From: Octopus vulgaris
Lineage: Eukaryota
Assembly: GCA_951406725.2 (NCBI GenBank)
Contig: OX597816.1
Coordinates: 50,902,001-50,966,000, forward strand
Length of the DNA: 64,000 bases
Direction of reading: 5' to 3'
The notes under the pieces are model-generated. The model did no database searches. It was not told the DNA's origin and saw nothing but the letters and a program-made list of their open reading frames with translations. A program made the position numbers and the translations under genes. This document shows positions 41,533 to 57,348 of the stretch, in pieces. Each line of letters starts with the position of its first letter. The stretch's first letter is position 1.

Positions 41533-42018
41533 CCTCATACACAAAATAGCGAGTAATTGTGCGTAGGAGATCATTCCAACATCAAGATAGACTCAAATGG
41601 TACATTACCAACATATACGTATTTGCGCTTTGACAGTGCTGGTAAGGTAATGTTCCTTTGTGAGTTATCCATATGTTTCGATGTATCTATATTGTATTAT
41701 ATTTAAATTCATGTGGTATATTTTATCTCTCTAAATACATGTCCGAAGTATATTTCCAAGAAATCCATTTCTTCTGATGTATGTTTGATGATGTGTTCCT
41801 ACAACAGACATTCCTGATTCAAATCGAAATGGCTTACTGAATTCTTAATCTCGATGTCTTTGTAGATACTTCTATTAAGTTTAAAAAAAAAATTATGTGA
41901 CTGTCTGCTCCCATTAACCTACTGTTTAAGCATACCGATTTGTAATGGCCATTACCGTTGCAAAGGAATCTCTGCTTTTTGCATTGAAGTTGATAATAAT
42001 AAATATTTAAACATTCTA

Positions 42019-42095
<77 letters not shown>

Positions 42096-43244
42096 AAATA
42101 CTACTACTACTATTACTACTACTACAGGCTATTGGTAGCGACAGTAAAAATAACTTTATTAAAATGGAAAGAAATGGAAAAATAATATAGTAGAACAAAA
42201 TATAAGAGAACGTAAAGCACTAAGATTTCTTGATGATTATGATGGTGTTGATGATTATGATGATGATGAATATGATGATGATGATGATGCCGATGATGAT
42301 GACGATGATGACGATGATGATGATAACGACCATGATGATGACGACGACGACGACGATGATGATGATGATATTGATTATTATGATGACCAGGATTATGATA
42401 ATGATGATGATGATGATATTGATGATGATGATGACGATGATGATGACGATGACGACGACGATGATGATGATGGTTTTGACGATGATGATGATGATGATGA
42501 TAAATGGGCTGAAGTACAAGAAATAGAAAAAATAAATGTGAGTTGAAAAAGAACTAAAAAGAGAAAGAAGTAACTGCACGCCAGAGTGGATGAAGGAAAA
42601 AAAAAGCATAAATCAAGGAGAAAACCAATTATAGATGCAAAAATATCTCGTAAACGCAATGAAAATGGCTTACAGTAGGAACTGGAGCTAACAGGCACTT
42701 CAAAGTCCTGCAAGGTAAAATCTTTGAATTATAAACTTTATAACCCATGCTGTTTATCAACTCTAACGTTTTAAAAACTAAGTTATTTTATCTAAAAATG
42801 AATAACATGACGTCCAGTACGTTCAGACACGTTAGGCCAGACATATCTGACAGTTTAAAGGAAAGAAGTTTTAACCGATATATTTATGTCTCTATATCAA
42901 TCGTTAAGTTACATGGCTGAGGATAAATGTTGTAATTGGCGGTCGGAATTATTTGCTAACGACATTGCTGAGAGAAGATGCGATTAAGATTCTGCACTTT
43001 TGTTGCTTACATTTTGGTATAACTCACACATAATTATTTATAATTAGGAAGTGTATTGAATGGGAATGATATCGGATTATTAAGGGTACTTATTTTATCG
43101 CCTATGTACAGAAGATACATAAAAAGAACATCATTTGTACATATTTAAAAGAATAGGAGGCTATATTGCAAAAATCCTGACACACAATTCGATATATATT
43201 TGTGCATAGTATGTGTGTGTATGTATGTGTGTATGTGTGTATAT

Positions 43245-43465
43245 ACATGCATATAATAGAGATGACCACTACGTGGACATCCAATATGCTAGAAGAAGAT
43301 CATCTACGATCTAACTACAAAGAAAAGAATGTTATCTAGACAAATTCAGCAAATACCAGGATTTCTCTAGAGAACATTCGTTTCTTTGTAGTTAGATCGT
43401 AGGTTATCTTATTCTAGCATATTGGATGTCCACTTAGTGGTCATGCCTATTTCTACGCATGTATT
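43245..43465. mobile_element. Hairpin (fold-back) MITE-like element
   Basis: Imperfect ~90 bp inverted arms (ATGACCACTACGTGGACATCCAATATGCTAGAA... / ...TTCTAGCATATTGGATGTCCACTTAGTGGTCAT). A single-arm relative lies at ~51868-51945. Confidence 0.8.
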
Positions 43466-43550
43466 ACACTTTTTCAGAATATTCAGATTTATACTATAGT
43501 ACTTGTTTTAAATTGATATTAATTAAATTATTATTCAATTTATCACCCTC

Positions 43551-43594
<44 letters not shown>

Positions 43595-43620
43595 CATATA
43601 TACATATATATATGCATATG

Positions 43621-43706
<86 letters not shown>

Positions 43707-43711
43707 TTATA

Positions 43712-43742
<31 letters not shown>

Positions 43743-43779
43743 ACATATACATATATATATATGTATATATGTATGTGTG

Positions 43780-43827
<48 letters not shown>

Positions 43828-44699
43828 GATATAGATAGATAGATAGATCGATAGATAGATATAGATATATAGATATATAAATTTACTTCTAATATAGGAT
43901 TATGTTTTATTCCAAAACAATTCCATCAAAGTGTCCAGCATCTTAAAATAGCTTTAAAGGTGAACATTGTAAACAATTATAAACAGGGGCAAAAGTTAAA
44001 AGATTTCTATGCCAATATGCTGAGAATAGACTTTAAATCATCAATCACCACATTACAATCTGTGGATTAATCCCGAAATTGATTCAATATAGAGATGACG
44101 AATTAAAAATATATTCTGTTAGCTTGCCTTCCTCGATTTGAGCACGATGTGTTTTCATAGTGAATGTATATTGTAATGTGGTGATTGATTATTTAAGTCT
44201 ATTCTCGGCATATTGCCATAGAAATCCTTTTTTCTTTTGCCCTTGCTTATAACTGATATATATAGAGAGAGAGAAAAGGAGGGAGACAAACAGACAGGTG
44301 GATATATATATAGAGAGAGAGAGGGAGAGGGAGTGTTTATGTTATATGAATATCTTCCCTTACGTAAACGATTTTTCACAAATTACCTAGTTATTTCCTC
44401 CACTCTCATACAACGCCTTCATTAATGTAAAGTATATAACGTATCAAGATTTAGATATATAGTATTGTTATATGAATTTATTTTCCATTACTATACAATT
44501 TTGTTTCAGTAATACTAATTAGAACATAATAATATTCTATAAAAAATATATTAACTGTAATCAATTATATAAGTCTTATCTTTTCAATTACCCGTATCGC
44601 TATATTCAAAACATTTGCAATTTACTAAATTAATGCAGATACAAAATGAAAAACGAATCGTAAGTTTATGAAACATTGTGCTTTTGAGGAGATAAATGA

Positions 44700-45400
44700 C
44701 GGAATGGAGTATCCAAGCTTCCGCCGATAAGGAGATCCTAAACTGGGCAGCCTTCCTCTACAATGTTGCATATATAGACGACTCACAACCTCTAACCTCG
44801 GACCCGAAGAGGACTAGAAGAAGATAAATCGTTCTTTACAATATACCAATTCATATAGGAATTTCCACCAACCTAGCCACGATTGTCCTGTCGTAGATTA
44901 TGAAGAAATTTCCCAACCTCTAGAAAGATCCAGCCGTCCAGGGGATTTTCAGCTACCCACCCGATGGCATCGCAAGGCACGACATGGACATGATGGCCAC
45001 GACTTCATGGGAAATTACACACAAAATTGCAATCGCTTAGATGCCGGGTGAGAGAGAATACCATATCTTGTCTTGTTTCATATTTATATTCTAGGACATC
45101 GCGAGTGAGACCTCTGACATTGAATTGACAATAATCGACAGGGCCATACACTTCTAGTGAGGGTCGCCTTCTATTGGCACCTTTGCCTCAGTTCACCTGC
45201 CTGCAATATGTATTAACAGGAATTACAAATCATGATGTTGCCATCAGAGCTACGCCGTTCTGGTGAACTTCAAACCACTGGCTGCTGATAACCCAGGTAT
45301 ACCATCTTAATATTAGCTGTTAGTCAACATTGGTCCCCACAACCATGAAGACGGTTCCTATTCATCGCTGACCCCACCATCAAATGCATCCTTTTGTATC
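44700..45400 (-). mobile_element. Possible decayed LINE 5' region (APE endonuclease-like)
   Basis: GC-richer island. The minus strand gives FNVRGLT and later ILCV, resembling the N-terminus of an APE domain. Heavily degraded. Confidence 0.35.
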
Positions 45401-45832
45401 TAGCGTACATCTGTCACGACCGCACACATAAATACGAAAGGCATGGCTATATGTACACACACTCACACACACACACACACGCACACATACGCACACACAC
45501 ACCAGAAAAATAACCATCACTCGTATACATGTTCTTCAAAACAAATTCGTATTCACTTATTCACTTCTACAAAATGTATTCACTTACGTGCGCACATATG
45601 ATAGAAGCCAAGCCGTCAGCACCTTCCTGTTTTACCACGTAGTCCAAGAAATTCTCCTTTGTAATACAGCTGATGTCGCTGAAATTGCCCTTCTCACTGG
45701 CAAGAATGTGATCCAAGTTGACGAATAGCAGCCCATTTCCTTGTAGATATTTTGGACTTTCTGTACTTTTCCATTAGGTGATTTGTGCCTGAATGATTTA
45801 GGTTCCTGTAAGGTTAAATGTAGCCGAATCAA

Positions 45833-45926
<94 letters not shown>

Positions 45927-46427
45927 TCTGTGTTCGTGTGTGTGTGTGTGTATGTGGTTTAATATTCGCTGTATATAGTTATGAGGCACAAAGAATTTCA
46001 TACATTTGAGACGTGATATAGACTGGTTTTTTACAACACGCATTGTGTCTCCTATTAATTTTCTGGCTTTGACTAAACTACTCTATAGTGTTTACGAACC
46101 AGAACAATAGAACAAGTGACATGGCAAGAACAAAAATATTGAAGAAAGATGGATGCAAAACGCGGAAGGGCAAAAGACGAAAGAGTAAATTTAATAGAGC
46201 AAGATGAGAATTAGTGTTATGTTCCCCGTTATCGTAAAGCCACAATAAAGGTAGTAAATATTGAATAAATGGAGAGGGTTATAAAGTGTTCCGTACAGCT
46301 GCTCAATCCGGTGAGGGTGGTGTCCTTCAATTCATCAAAAGTAACTTATCCATAGGTTTGTACTGCGGTATTCCTGATCAGAAATTTTCAGCAAATGCTC
46401 ACATAAGCTTTACTTTCGACATATATT

Positions 46428-46857
46428 CTTTTCTATTTTAGGCACAAGGCCCGAAATGTTTGGGGAGGTGACCAGTCGATTAGATCGACCCCAATACGCA
46501 ATGTGTACTTAATTTATCGACCCCGGAAGGGTATAAAAAAAGTCGACCTCGGCGGAATTTGAACTCAGAGAATAAAGACAGGCGAAATACTGCTAAGCAT
46601 TTCGCCCGGCGTGCTAACGTTACTTATTTCTTTGTTGCCCACAAATGACAAGATATAGAGGGGACAAACAAGGACAGACTATGTATTAAGTCGATTACAT
46701 CGACCCCAGTGCGTAACTGGTACTTAATTTCTCGATCCCGAAATTTTGAAAGGCAAAGTTGACCTCGGCGGGATTTGAACTCAGAACGTAATGGCAGACG
46801 AAATACTGCTAAGCATTTCGCCCGGTGTGCTAACGTTTCTGCCAGCTTACCGCCATC
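46428..46857 (-). mobile_element. SINE family A, tandem dimer
   Basis: Two well-preserved head-to-tail units on the minus strand with different 3' tails. Confidence 0.85.
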
Positions 46858-47769
46858 CTTTCGACAATATATTAATACTATTAAAATACCTATTACTATT
46901 TTCAATGTTTAAAGATCTATCAACAACACCAATTCTATGTCCTTCATCTGAAGGGCCATTTTGATCATGCCACGTCCACTATCGCCTACGGATGGATTTT
47001 TTTTATTTCTGATTTCTAGAAATAGGGAATCACTTATTCTTGATTATCATCCACAAAATTACAAATTTCTGACAAAATTCTTGCTCTTCGTTTCATCGAT
47101 ATCATCCATGTTATCACTAGCTATATACAACATTATTATCACTGACAGTTACATGAACAATAATAATTAAAATACACAGCATAATTATAATCACCTGAAA
47201 GTTGACATCAGCATCATCACGATTATGATGAGCAACATCGTAATTATCATCATCATCATCATCATTGTCGTCGTCGTCGTCGTCGCCGAAATCATCTTCA
47301 TAAAATCATACAATCTACAATTGGAATTTCATAAACAAACCATTACATTGACCTAGTTTTCAAACCGCAAATGATAAAGAAACTGAAGCTTACAAAACAT
47401 TCACAATATTACAAATGATATTATTTCTAGAGACACGATTAAACACTCCCTCGAGCAACGTTTATATTTATTTTTAATTCAGAATGTCTATAATATTTTC
47501 CGCATCCACGGCATTCTAATTGCATATTAAATGTTCCAGTTTAAATATCGCTTTCTTAATTGACATCAAATTTGCAAATGCACTGATATTCAACTTTTAA
47601 TCTTTTACACAGTTCATGTATTGGACTGGGGCCATATTTTGAGAAAGGACAGACAGGCTTTTAACCATTTACGATAAACCCAATATTTTTGTCCGGTGAG
47701 TATAAAGAGGGATAAAAACGCAATCATACAGAGACGCTCACACACATACAATAATGTGCAAATATCCTC

Positions 47770-47811
<42 letters not shown>

Positions 47812-47853
47812 GTATGTATACACATGCGTATATATGTCTGTGTGTGTGTGAGG

Positions 47854-47884
<31 letters not shown>

Positions 47885-48947
47885 CGTGTGTGCATGTGTT
47901 TGTGTGTGCGTGTGTGTCTATTTGTGAAACTTCATATTTAATTCGTGAGATGCTAGACGCGTATAACCGTTCATAATTTGTTCTCCCTGACTGGCGGAGA
48001 AACGTTATTAAATTATGGCTTACAGACCTGTAACAAATGGAGTTTTCAAATCAATCAAGTAATAAAACTGGGCTACATTTACCGTTTGTTTAATTGACAG
48101 ATTGAATATCGTCCAGTATGTGATTTCTATTAGAACAAATTATTTCAAGTGAAGAATCTTTGGAAAACAGTTTTCTTTTATAAATACAGTTAATTATTTC
48201 AATAAACTATTGAACATTCAGGTACACACGGTCGTAACCGAAAACAAATTTGTGTAAACGCTTTTACCCTCTTCAGTTTTATGCATGCCATTTGTGCGAC
48301 AGTTATTGTGCCCGGTAGCACTTGATATGATTTGGGGCTTACTTTTCGATTCATAACTTATCGAGTACTTTAGTGTGTCAATTCGCTTTCTTTTTGTGTT
48401 TGTCCTATATTTGAAAAAGAAACCATAATGTTCGAATAATCCATTCGCACGGGTAAACTTTGAAATCCCTCGCATAGGTATCCAACATCGCTTTACCAAT
48501 TTTCTTCTTTCTTGGAAAGTGAAGTCCTTTTTTTTTATTGTGGAACTATAATGTGGGAAAGTATCAAACTTAAATACTTACCACAATATAACCTTTTGAT
48601 TTTATTATGAGCAATCAAATGACGCATGCTTCAACAAAATCATCGCGCATTTTACTTGTTTCAATTGTTTCCAATATGAATATCAACCTACGGAATGTCT
48701 CCTCAGATTTGGTATTTATTTTCCAATTGCGAAACATCTGAGACATTCTAATATTTTGGTCTCTTGTGTTTGATAACGAATGTAGATTTCAAAAGTAATG
48801 GTTTTGTCGAATATTATATGCATAGATTTTTGATACTAACTCCATCTTGAAAATGTCTTGCTGTTGCTTCTTACTCGTTGCAGGTGTTTCTTTAGAAGTT
48901 AAGTAATGGAAATTAATTTACATTCATTTATGCATAAGTTATCATCA

Positions 48948-48988
<41 letters not shown>

Positions 48989-49024
48989 ATTATTATTATT
49001 AATATTATTATTATTATTATTAAT

Positions 49025-49065
<41 letters not shown>

Positions 49066-50530
49066 TATTATTATTATTATTATTACATTCATTTTGTCTA
49101 CGAAGGAATATTTGTAGTTCTTCTGAATAATTGACACAGGTGCGATTCCTCATATGCAGCTTGTCATAATGAATGGAATGTTACTTTAGGAAGAGACGGA
49201 AGACACTATCTAAAGATTCAGTATCCTTATATATCTGTATATTTACATCACATGTCATTTGAAATAGTCTCCGTTAGTCACGGAAATGTGGAAGACGAAT
49301 TAATCTTTCCTTCATCCCTATTGTGAATTGTTAGACATTAAGTCAAGTTCTTTGTTATATCTGAAGGAAAGAAAGACAAATTTCTAGAGGTGATACAGGA
49401 GAATCTTTGATTAATATTGTCAACCGAAAATTAAACAAAAACTTTTTTTCCGACGTCGAAGAAGATAACACGTGCGTTTGAAACCGATTAACGCGTGCGT
49501 TTGAAAAGCTGAGGAGACTAAAACAGCTTGCACAAGAACTCTTTCCTCTTAGAACTGTGTTAATCTGCTTTGTTAAAGTATATGCTAATACAATTAATAC
49601 ATTATCGTTTCTTTAAAAATGTCTTTTAAAGGTGTATATGTGTGTGTTCATAATGTATGTATATATATATATCTTAATATATATTGAAATAGATAGATAG
49701 GGAATAGATACAAATATAGAAAGATAGATATAGAAAGAGAGAGAGAAACATGGAATAGTTTATAGTGATTGCCTCAAAATCTCAAACTTTTTTCCATTAA
49801 TTGTACATAAATATTTCGAAGTGTATACACATTATTTAAAATACTTCACTAGATATACCACCGTTAATTTGTTCATAGAATATTACGATACAATGGAAGA
49901 AGTCTGCAAATGTATGCAGCGCAACCATAGCAATAACATAATTTTTAAATCATTATAATTTATCTGAGAATTCATTATAAAATTTTCAAGCGAATACATA
50001 AATTCCATTACATGTGTGGAGAATAATTTCTCCACAAACGCATATTCACCCAAACAGACACACACACAAACACACACACAAACACACACAAACACGCACA
50101 TACGCATACACATCACACATCACACATTAAAGCGTGACATATCCCGCTGGGTTATATAACATATTTTACATTTTAATACAATATTCTAATGTAATAATTT
50201 ATATATTCGACGCAGCAGAATGGCCTTATAAAATCCAAGTAAAACTTTAGTTTGTCTTTTGCTGTCATTTCTAACTATAATTAATCATTATTAAGTTTTA
50301 TCTTTCTTAATGTTTCAATATAAAAACAAAACCTTAAAATTCAGCGACGGTATACAATATTTAATAAATATCACAGAAAGAAAATATTTCATGTGGTACG
50401 AAATATGACATAAAGGTTACTTTAATTTGAATAACGAGGCTTACTCTCCCTACCTAGCCTATATTGATAATTTGTTTATAACCATTTTGGTTTGTACTTA
50501 CTTTGAATTTAGTAGATTATGTATATACGT

Positions 50531-50631
<101 letters not shown>

Positions 50632-50940
50632 TGCATATATACATATATATATGCGTGTGTATGTATGTACATACACATATATGTGACAGTGGATGTGTAT
50701 TCGCATATATAGGTAAATGATTAAAATATATAGAGAATTATCTACAAATTAATATGAGTGTGTATGTGTGTGTGTAAGTGTGAGTGTTTTTAAAGGGATA
50801 TTTTTTGTTCCACCGGAACAATACGAGAAGGTAAAAATTAAACTGGAAAAGGAAAACCAAACAAAACATAGAACCGGTATTAAGGAAGGCTAAGAAAATA
50901 TTAGATTTCTAAGCCCTAAAATTCACTCCATAATTGCCCA

Positions 50941-51181
50941 CGGGCATATGCCGTAGTGGATAAGAGCGCGGGCTATTAACTCCAAGATTCCCATTGCGAT
51001 ACCAGGCAGTGACATGAATAATAATAATAATAATGGTGATAATAACATCGAAAAATACCTTGTGAATGAGAACCCAGGTTCGAAATTTCCCCAAGGGATA
51101 TGGTGAATGCTGGAGTGTATATCGGCCAAAATGCTGTGTTAACAACAAAGGTGAGGACAAATATCCGTCAAGTGTAAATAA
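50941..51181 (+). mobile_element. Second, older copy of the tRNA-head/(AAT)n/hammerhead element
   Basis: Colinear with 23300-23543: CGTAGTGG.TAAGAGCG, CCAGGCAGTGAC, (AAT)n, TCGAAATTTCCC, GTGTT.ACAACAAAG, TGAGGACAAATATCCGTCAA. The hammerhead core is mutated (ATGGTGA...AAAA). Confidence 0.85.
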
Positions 51182-51495
51182 GGAAAACGAAACAAATTTG
51201 AAGGTTTACTTAGTATTTCTTTAAAGAAGATTGTTCTGTAAGACCGGTAGAATGCGAGAATGTACAAAGTACACTACAAAATGAACGGAGAACAAAACAC
51301 ACCAGATCCACTAAAGCGCTATACTTAATGACGTGATGTCAGTCCTGAAGTATAATGTATTATGTCTTTGGAGTTTAACTCTTATTTTAGCATATGCGGT
51401 GCTACTCAGAACCCTCCTTCACTTTTGTGACCTGTATATATTTTTCTTCATCTTCTATTTGCTAATAAATCACTTTATTTAATTGTTATATATAA

Positions 51496-51641
<146 letters not shown>

Positions 51642-51725
51642 TTGGAATTAATCGGTGGAACTAAGCACGTGTTTGTTTTTTTACGGAAAACTGGTGGTTA
51701 GTTTTACAAATTATATTGCATTTGG

Positions 51726-51781
51726 AACGATCGTACTGACGAGTCCTACGGACGAAGGATTCCGTGAGTGATTTATTCGTT
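51726..51781 (+). ncRNA. Hammerhead-like core, incomplete
   Basis: CTGACGA-gtcc[tac]ggac-GAAG at 51736-51757. The last core A is a G, and stem III cannot be drawn cleanly. Confidence 0.4.
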
Positions 51782-51967
51782 AATAGGCGAAATCGGTTTC
51801 CGATTAATTCTTGTTTTTTATATAATTTTCATCTGTCTTGCCCGCATATTGTTCTGGTGCCCGCTGAAATTTTCTCTAGAGAACATTCTGTCTTTGTAGT
51901 TTGATCGTAGGTGATCTACTTCTAGCATATGGCTGTCCACATAGCCATTTAAATATAGATAACATAC

Positions 51968-52064
<97 letters not shown>

Positions 52065-55000
52065 GATACACCCACTCATATATTGATATTTGTATATACT
52101 ATACCTAGTGAATCATAAATAAGTGACACTTTCATTACAATTATATGATGTGTCAGTCATTTCCTTTATCTTTGCTCTTGAAGTATATTAGTGTTTGTGT
52201 GAATGTATGTGTATGTGATTGTGCATGCGTGTGTGCGCGTTTGCGCGCGTGTTTTGTCTGACCCTGTGTATATTATGTCTTTGTGTATTCTTGTACAATG
52301 AATCGCTTGTTTGCAGAATAATACCTATTAATGAGGCAGTGCATTTCCCTAATATTTTATTTCATTAATGATTTCATTATATTCTACTAAATGCTTCACC
52401 GAAATATATAAACGAAATTAATTTTGGTTTACAGGTTTGTGAAATTTATGAATTCTGATGAAAGTCGTTTCTTAATCAACAAAGTTATGACGTCAGATAT
52501 TAATGAAATCCGCATATGTTCATATATCGATTGCACTTTTACGTTCCTTATGCTTAAATGCACCTAATTAGTGTTGCATTACGTTTAGTGCCGTTCTCGA
52601 GTGACTAATAATCAAATTCAAACATATGGCAATCAATTACAAAATTTTCAATTCCAAATACATCATCTACATAAGAAAGGATATTCAACTGAACATGCAC
52701 AAACAATTATTCTGCTTAATTAACCTCAATTACCTGCCGCCAAATATTTCACTACTCCCGGCTTAATTCAAGTGGGATTTCGTATATAGCATTCTATTTT
52801 ATACGATGACACAAAAACAGGTGCACAATAAATATATTTTGTCTATAAGTAATCTCTTCCCCTTCTCCCCTATGCCTTTACCCAGTATACCTAAGATGAT
52901 AAATATATGTTCTAACCCAACTAATTATTGAAGGTTGTTTTTACAAAAATATAACAATTTGACTTATGGAATTTCCTTTCAATCCATCTATTTAAGGCGT
53001 ATTATTTTTAGATATTTGCTTTTACATTGTAATATACTTTTTTTTGCCTTCATGTTCATATAATATATTGGGTGGCATATGTAGGATGTTTTTTGGTTAC
53101 ATATTTCTGAATAGGTATCAACGATTCTTGCGGTCAATTTGGATTATACATTTATCTGCATATCTATTCCCAATTTTAATAACGTGTAGATAAATGTGTA
53201 TTATTCTTCGTGAAAGTAATTTTACTGTAAATATATAAAGTTAAACTGCAGATGAGAGAGAGAGAGATGGAGAAGAGTATCTGCCATTAAATATGTCTCT
53301 ATATAAACCAAGGTTCTAGAAATAAACGTATCGTGATATAAAGGAATTTCGTCAGAAGCAGAATCACATCTTCCTGCACAGAATACCGCGGATGTAAATA
53401 TTTCTGTTATCTATTGTTAACTCTTTAATCACATAAATGACAAAAACCAGGATAGGAAGCGAAAGAGAAATAGAATAAAATGAATATGTAGTTAAAATTG
53501 AAGATACGTGACCGACCGCTAACATATTTGAATAATGCTATCCCTACTAGTGATAAAAGATATAACATTAGAGCAATATATTGCAAACATTATCATTCAA
53601 AATATAAAGTAAAAATTCATCAGACATGAGCATAATGTATGCGCTTTGCTTTGTATATAAGTTGTATAGCCCATTAAGTTTATTTGAAAAGTATAAAATA
53701 ATTTTTGGAAATTTGCAGAGATATACTTAAAAATAATAAATCTTTAAAATTGTAGACACTCTTCTATTTATATAACGTAGAATATCTTCATGAAATAAAT
53801 GTGCCATTAAAATTTACGTCATATGAGTGTCCTTGATTCCAAAGATCAAGTAGATGGAGGAAGTGTAAGTGATGCTGAGTATAGCATACCTGAACCTCTA
53901 CACATATAGCATGTTTTCGTTGATAATCAGCATTTTGGCTTCTTATTATTTTCTGTTATATTCGCATAAATGTACCAAATTTCTCTTGACTGCCAGTTTA
54001 TTATATATTCCTTCTTACATACAGAAATGTCAAATCACCAAACAAAATATTTTTCTCAATTCTTTTCTGTATATTTTGTTATGAGTTAAAATAACCAATG
54101 CTTGACGTTGCCATTCATGCGTCCGGATTGACAAATGAATTAAGAGGGCATAATTTTGGAAAGGAGTTTCGTTTGTGCAGGAGATGAGATATATTGCAGA
54201 ATTTGATCCTAAAATTTAATTTCTGAGTTCAAATATTGATATGACCTAAGTGTGAAGCGGATAATTTAATATCTTCATAATTTAATATCTCATAATTTAA
54301 TATCTTCACTTGGTCCTCGAAATCCCTTAACTCTGTCAACGTCACTACTTTTATAGGTATTCAGCCTGAGGATACGCCACTCGCATCAGTTTCGGTGTTT
54401 CCATAAGCTGTCACGAATGACGACTTCTTAAAACACACTTAAAATTATCATTATGTATTTTTCTTGCGAGATTCCTGATATGAAACTTTGTGTTGAAACA
54501 GATGTTATTTTTTTCTATCCTCAAAATTGACTAAACAGAACAAGAGGAAACTCATATAAAGGACAACTAGGAACAATGATAAATCTGAATTAATGAATGA
54601 ATATATAACGCCTATGGTTATTTTGAAGAAGATATTGACTATCCCGAAATATAACAATAAAATAAAAATTGTTCTTTCTAAACGATAAAGATCCATACGT
54701 GGAAATATCTCCCACTCACACCAATGAATATTATATTTCGTTGGTACATAGCCGCATATACCTAAATTTATGAGGAATATAGTATTGCAGGTATGGGGGT
54801 AGGGTTTTTGCCCTTGCAAATTCATTACCGTTCATGTGATGGTATAAAAGCATTGGAGTAGTGTCTCGATTTTGTCCTAAGTGGTGACACAATAAGTATA
54901 AGGAGAAATGATCGGGTAGGTAGGTTGAGTCTTAATAGAGTGTAGCAAATTACCTGTTTCACTGAGCAATACTTTGAAGTGTGATGCTAATTAAATCGAA

Positions 55001-56065
55001 ATATATTTTATAAGTAGGTATGTTTTGCGTATTTTCCACAGTATTTCTTTATTCAAAATTACAGCTCGTTCCGATGAGCTACAAGAAAGAAAAATCAACT
55101 GAGCGTAAAAGAAGAACTTGTGACGTTGTGTTACGAACAGTTTTCACAATATGATGTACGGAAGATGATGATAATCTGCAATGCGAATGATTTTAAAGTT
55201 TTATGCATGTGTGTATATGTCATTAATGATTAAAATTACAGGGCGAGTCTTTTTTCTTGATTAGTGCAGTGAAGGTATGTTTGTGAGATTTTTCCTATTA
55301 CGATTGATAAATATTCTCATCATTATTTTGCTATGTTTCTTTATACATAGTTTCTTGATTTGGTCGAGACTAATAATTCACTATTTATGACGTATAAAGA
55401 GAACACAGCTAAACAGGATTGCTCTCACGGATTTTCTAAATCAGTGTATGCATTACAGAGAGACTTAAGTATTGGCGAATACATTTCGCAAAAAGCGTAT
55501 ATGAAAATAATTAAATAAAAAGTTAATGAAATATATAATGCTGCTATTAGTGTTTAAGTTTAGCACAAGGTTCTATGGAGTTGTACTCAACTGATAACAT
55601 CTAAGTGTATTAAACAAATAAAACCCCACTCAAGTTGTCTAGCACTTTTGGTTGATATGCGCCATTTGCTTGCTTGATTAGTTTTGCAGGGGAGCATGTT
55701 TGTTTTATGTGAGATTTTTCTTAATAACTATGTACGTCTGCTGAGATATGGTACTCATGAAGACATTATGATATCTAAAAGTTAATGAATAAAGATTACC
55801 TATCAAATTAAGTGTCTTACTAATTGTGTAGCTTATGAAATCCTCACGTCCGAAAATGGTCTCTTAACGCAGTTTAACTAGTTGAATATATTTATTCACA
55901 ACAGACAATAGAGTGTAATTAAATCTGAAGCCAATTTTATACATGTTATGCATATATACGCACACACACACGCACACACATACACACACACGCATATATT
56001 ATATATATATACATGTGTGTATGTGTAATGCATGTATGTGTGTATGTATATGCGTATGTTTGTAT

Positions 56066-56108
<43 letters not shown>

Positions 56109-57275
56109 TATATATGCTTGTATATGTGAATATAATATATGAATATAATCTGTCGCAATCAGTAAATCTGCAATTTGATTACCTAAATAGCAGTAACTTA
56201 TGGCTACACTCACTCTGTGTATTCAATAAACGAAGGATCAGTATTATGCAATGGATCTCAATAGAAATTAAGAAATATGACTAAACATTCACCTGAAAAT
56301 TTGAACGTTACCTTAGTTCCAGCTCGTTACTGTGCTAATAATGTATTCACATAAAATTTTAACCATTTCCATTTAAGGTGGTATGTGCCGCTACAGATAT
56401 CTTAAGCACAAAGAATAACGTTTTGTGTGTTAGAGCATGCAGAAATGCGCTAAAATGAAAGCACGATTAAACAATATTGTCTCCATTGAGTTGAGTTAGC
56501 TATAGCAATGGCGGATTGTCATATGATAATCAATTGCTTTCGTATCAGCTGAAAAGTGTCTCAAGACAGAATATAATTCGTAAATGAAATGATAAGGAAT
56601 TTCCGCAACATGTAACGTCAATAAACAGAAGTAGATATCGTTGGAAAATTAGCGATAAATTTGGAGTCGATTAATTTATGACACATCCTACATCTGCAGC
56701 ACAGCAAAAAAACCCTCAAAATTAAATAACATAACATGAACTTAGAAAGAAATAAGTTGCGACAAGCACAGTGCATATTCTCAAGTCAGGTAAGGAATTC
56801 TTGGAATGCAACCGGACTTATGGATCCTGTATGGATATAGATGGTGGCATATTTATGTAAATGAACTATATTTATCAGTTAATTACCAGTGATTCAAGAG
56901 TAATGATAACTACGACTACGAGGATTACAATAGTGTTTTCTGAGCAGCATAATTGTTGGGGCCCGAATTTAATATTTACAATTGGAGTGAAATAACATTT
57001 ACAATTTTAATTAAATAGCATTGATTTCGGCTTTGACTTTAATCCATTTGTAGGCCAAACACGTAAGTATTAGGTTGAAATTCATCGATTATAACGCTCC
57101 TTCATATATGAGGTCTTCTGCTCATTAACAGATATAAAGATATAAAGAGGTCCAAACAGTTTTAACTGTCAACCGTATGCAGAGCCACATCATAAAATGG
57201 TCAATAATTTTTTTAAGTAAAAGCCGGAGAGATGGTTATTGCACAAAACTTAAAAAAGTAGGAACTATAAATAAT

Positions 57276-57348
<73 letters not shown>

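Noticed and set aside
42226-42714. Poly-Asp followed by a Lys/Arg-rich stretch resembling a nuclear protein exon
   Set aside because: It is a (GAT)n microsatellite, and the downstream frame has three stops.
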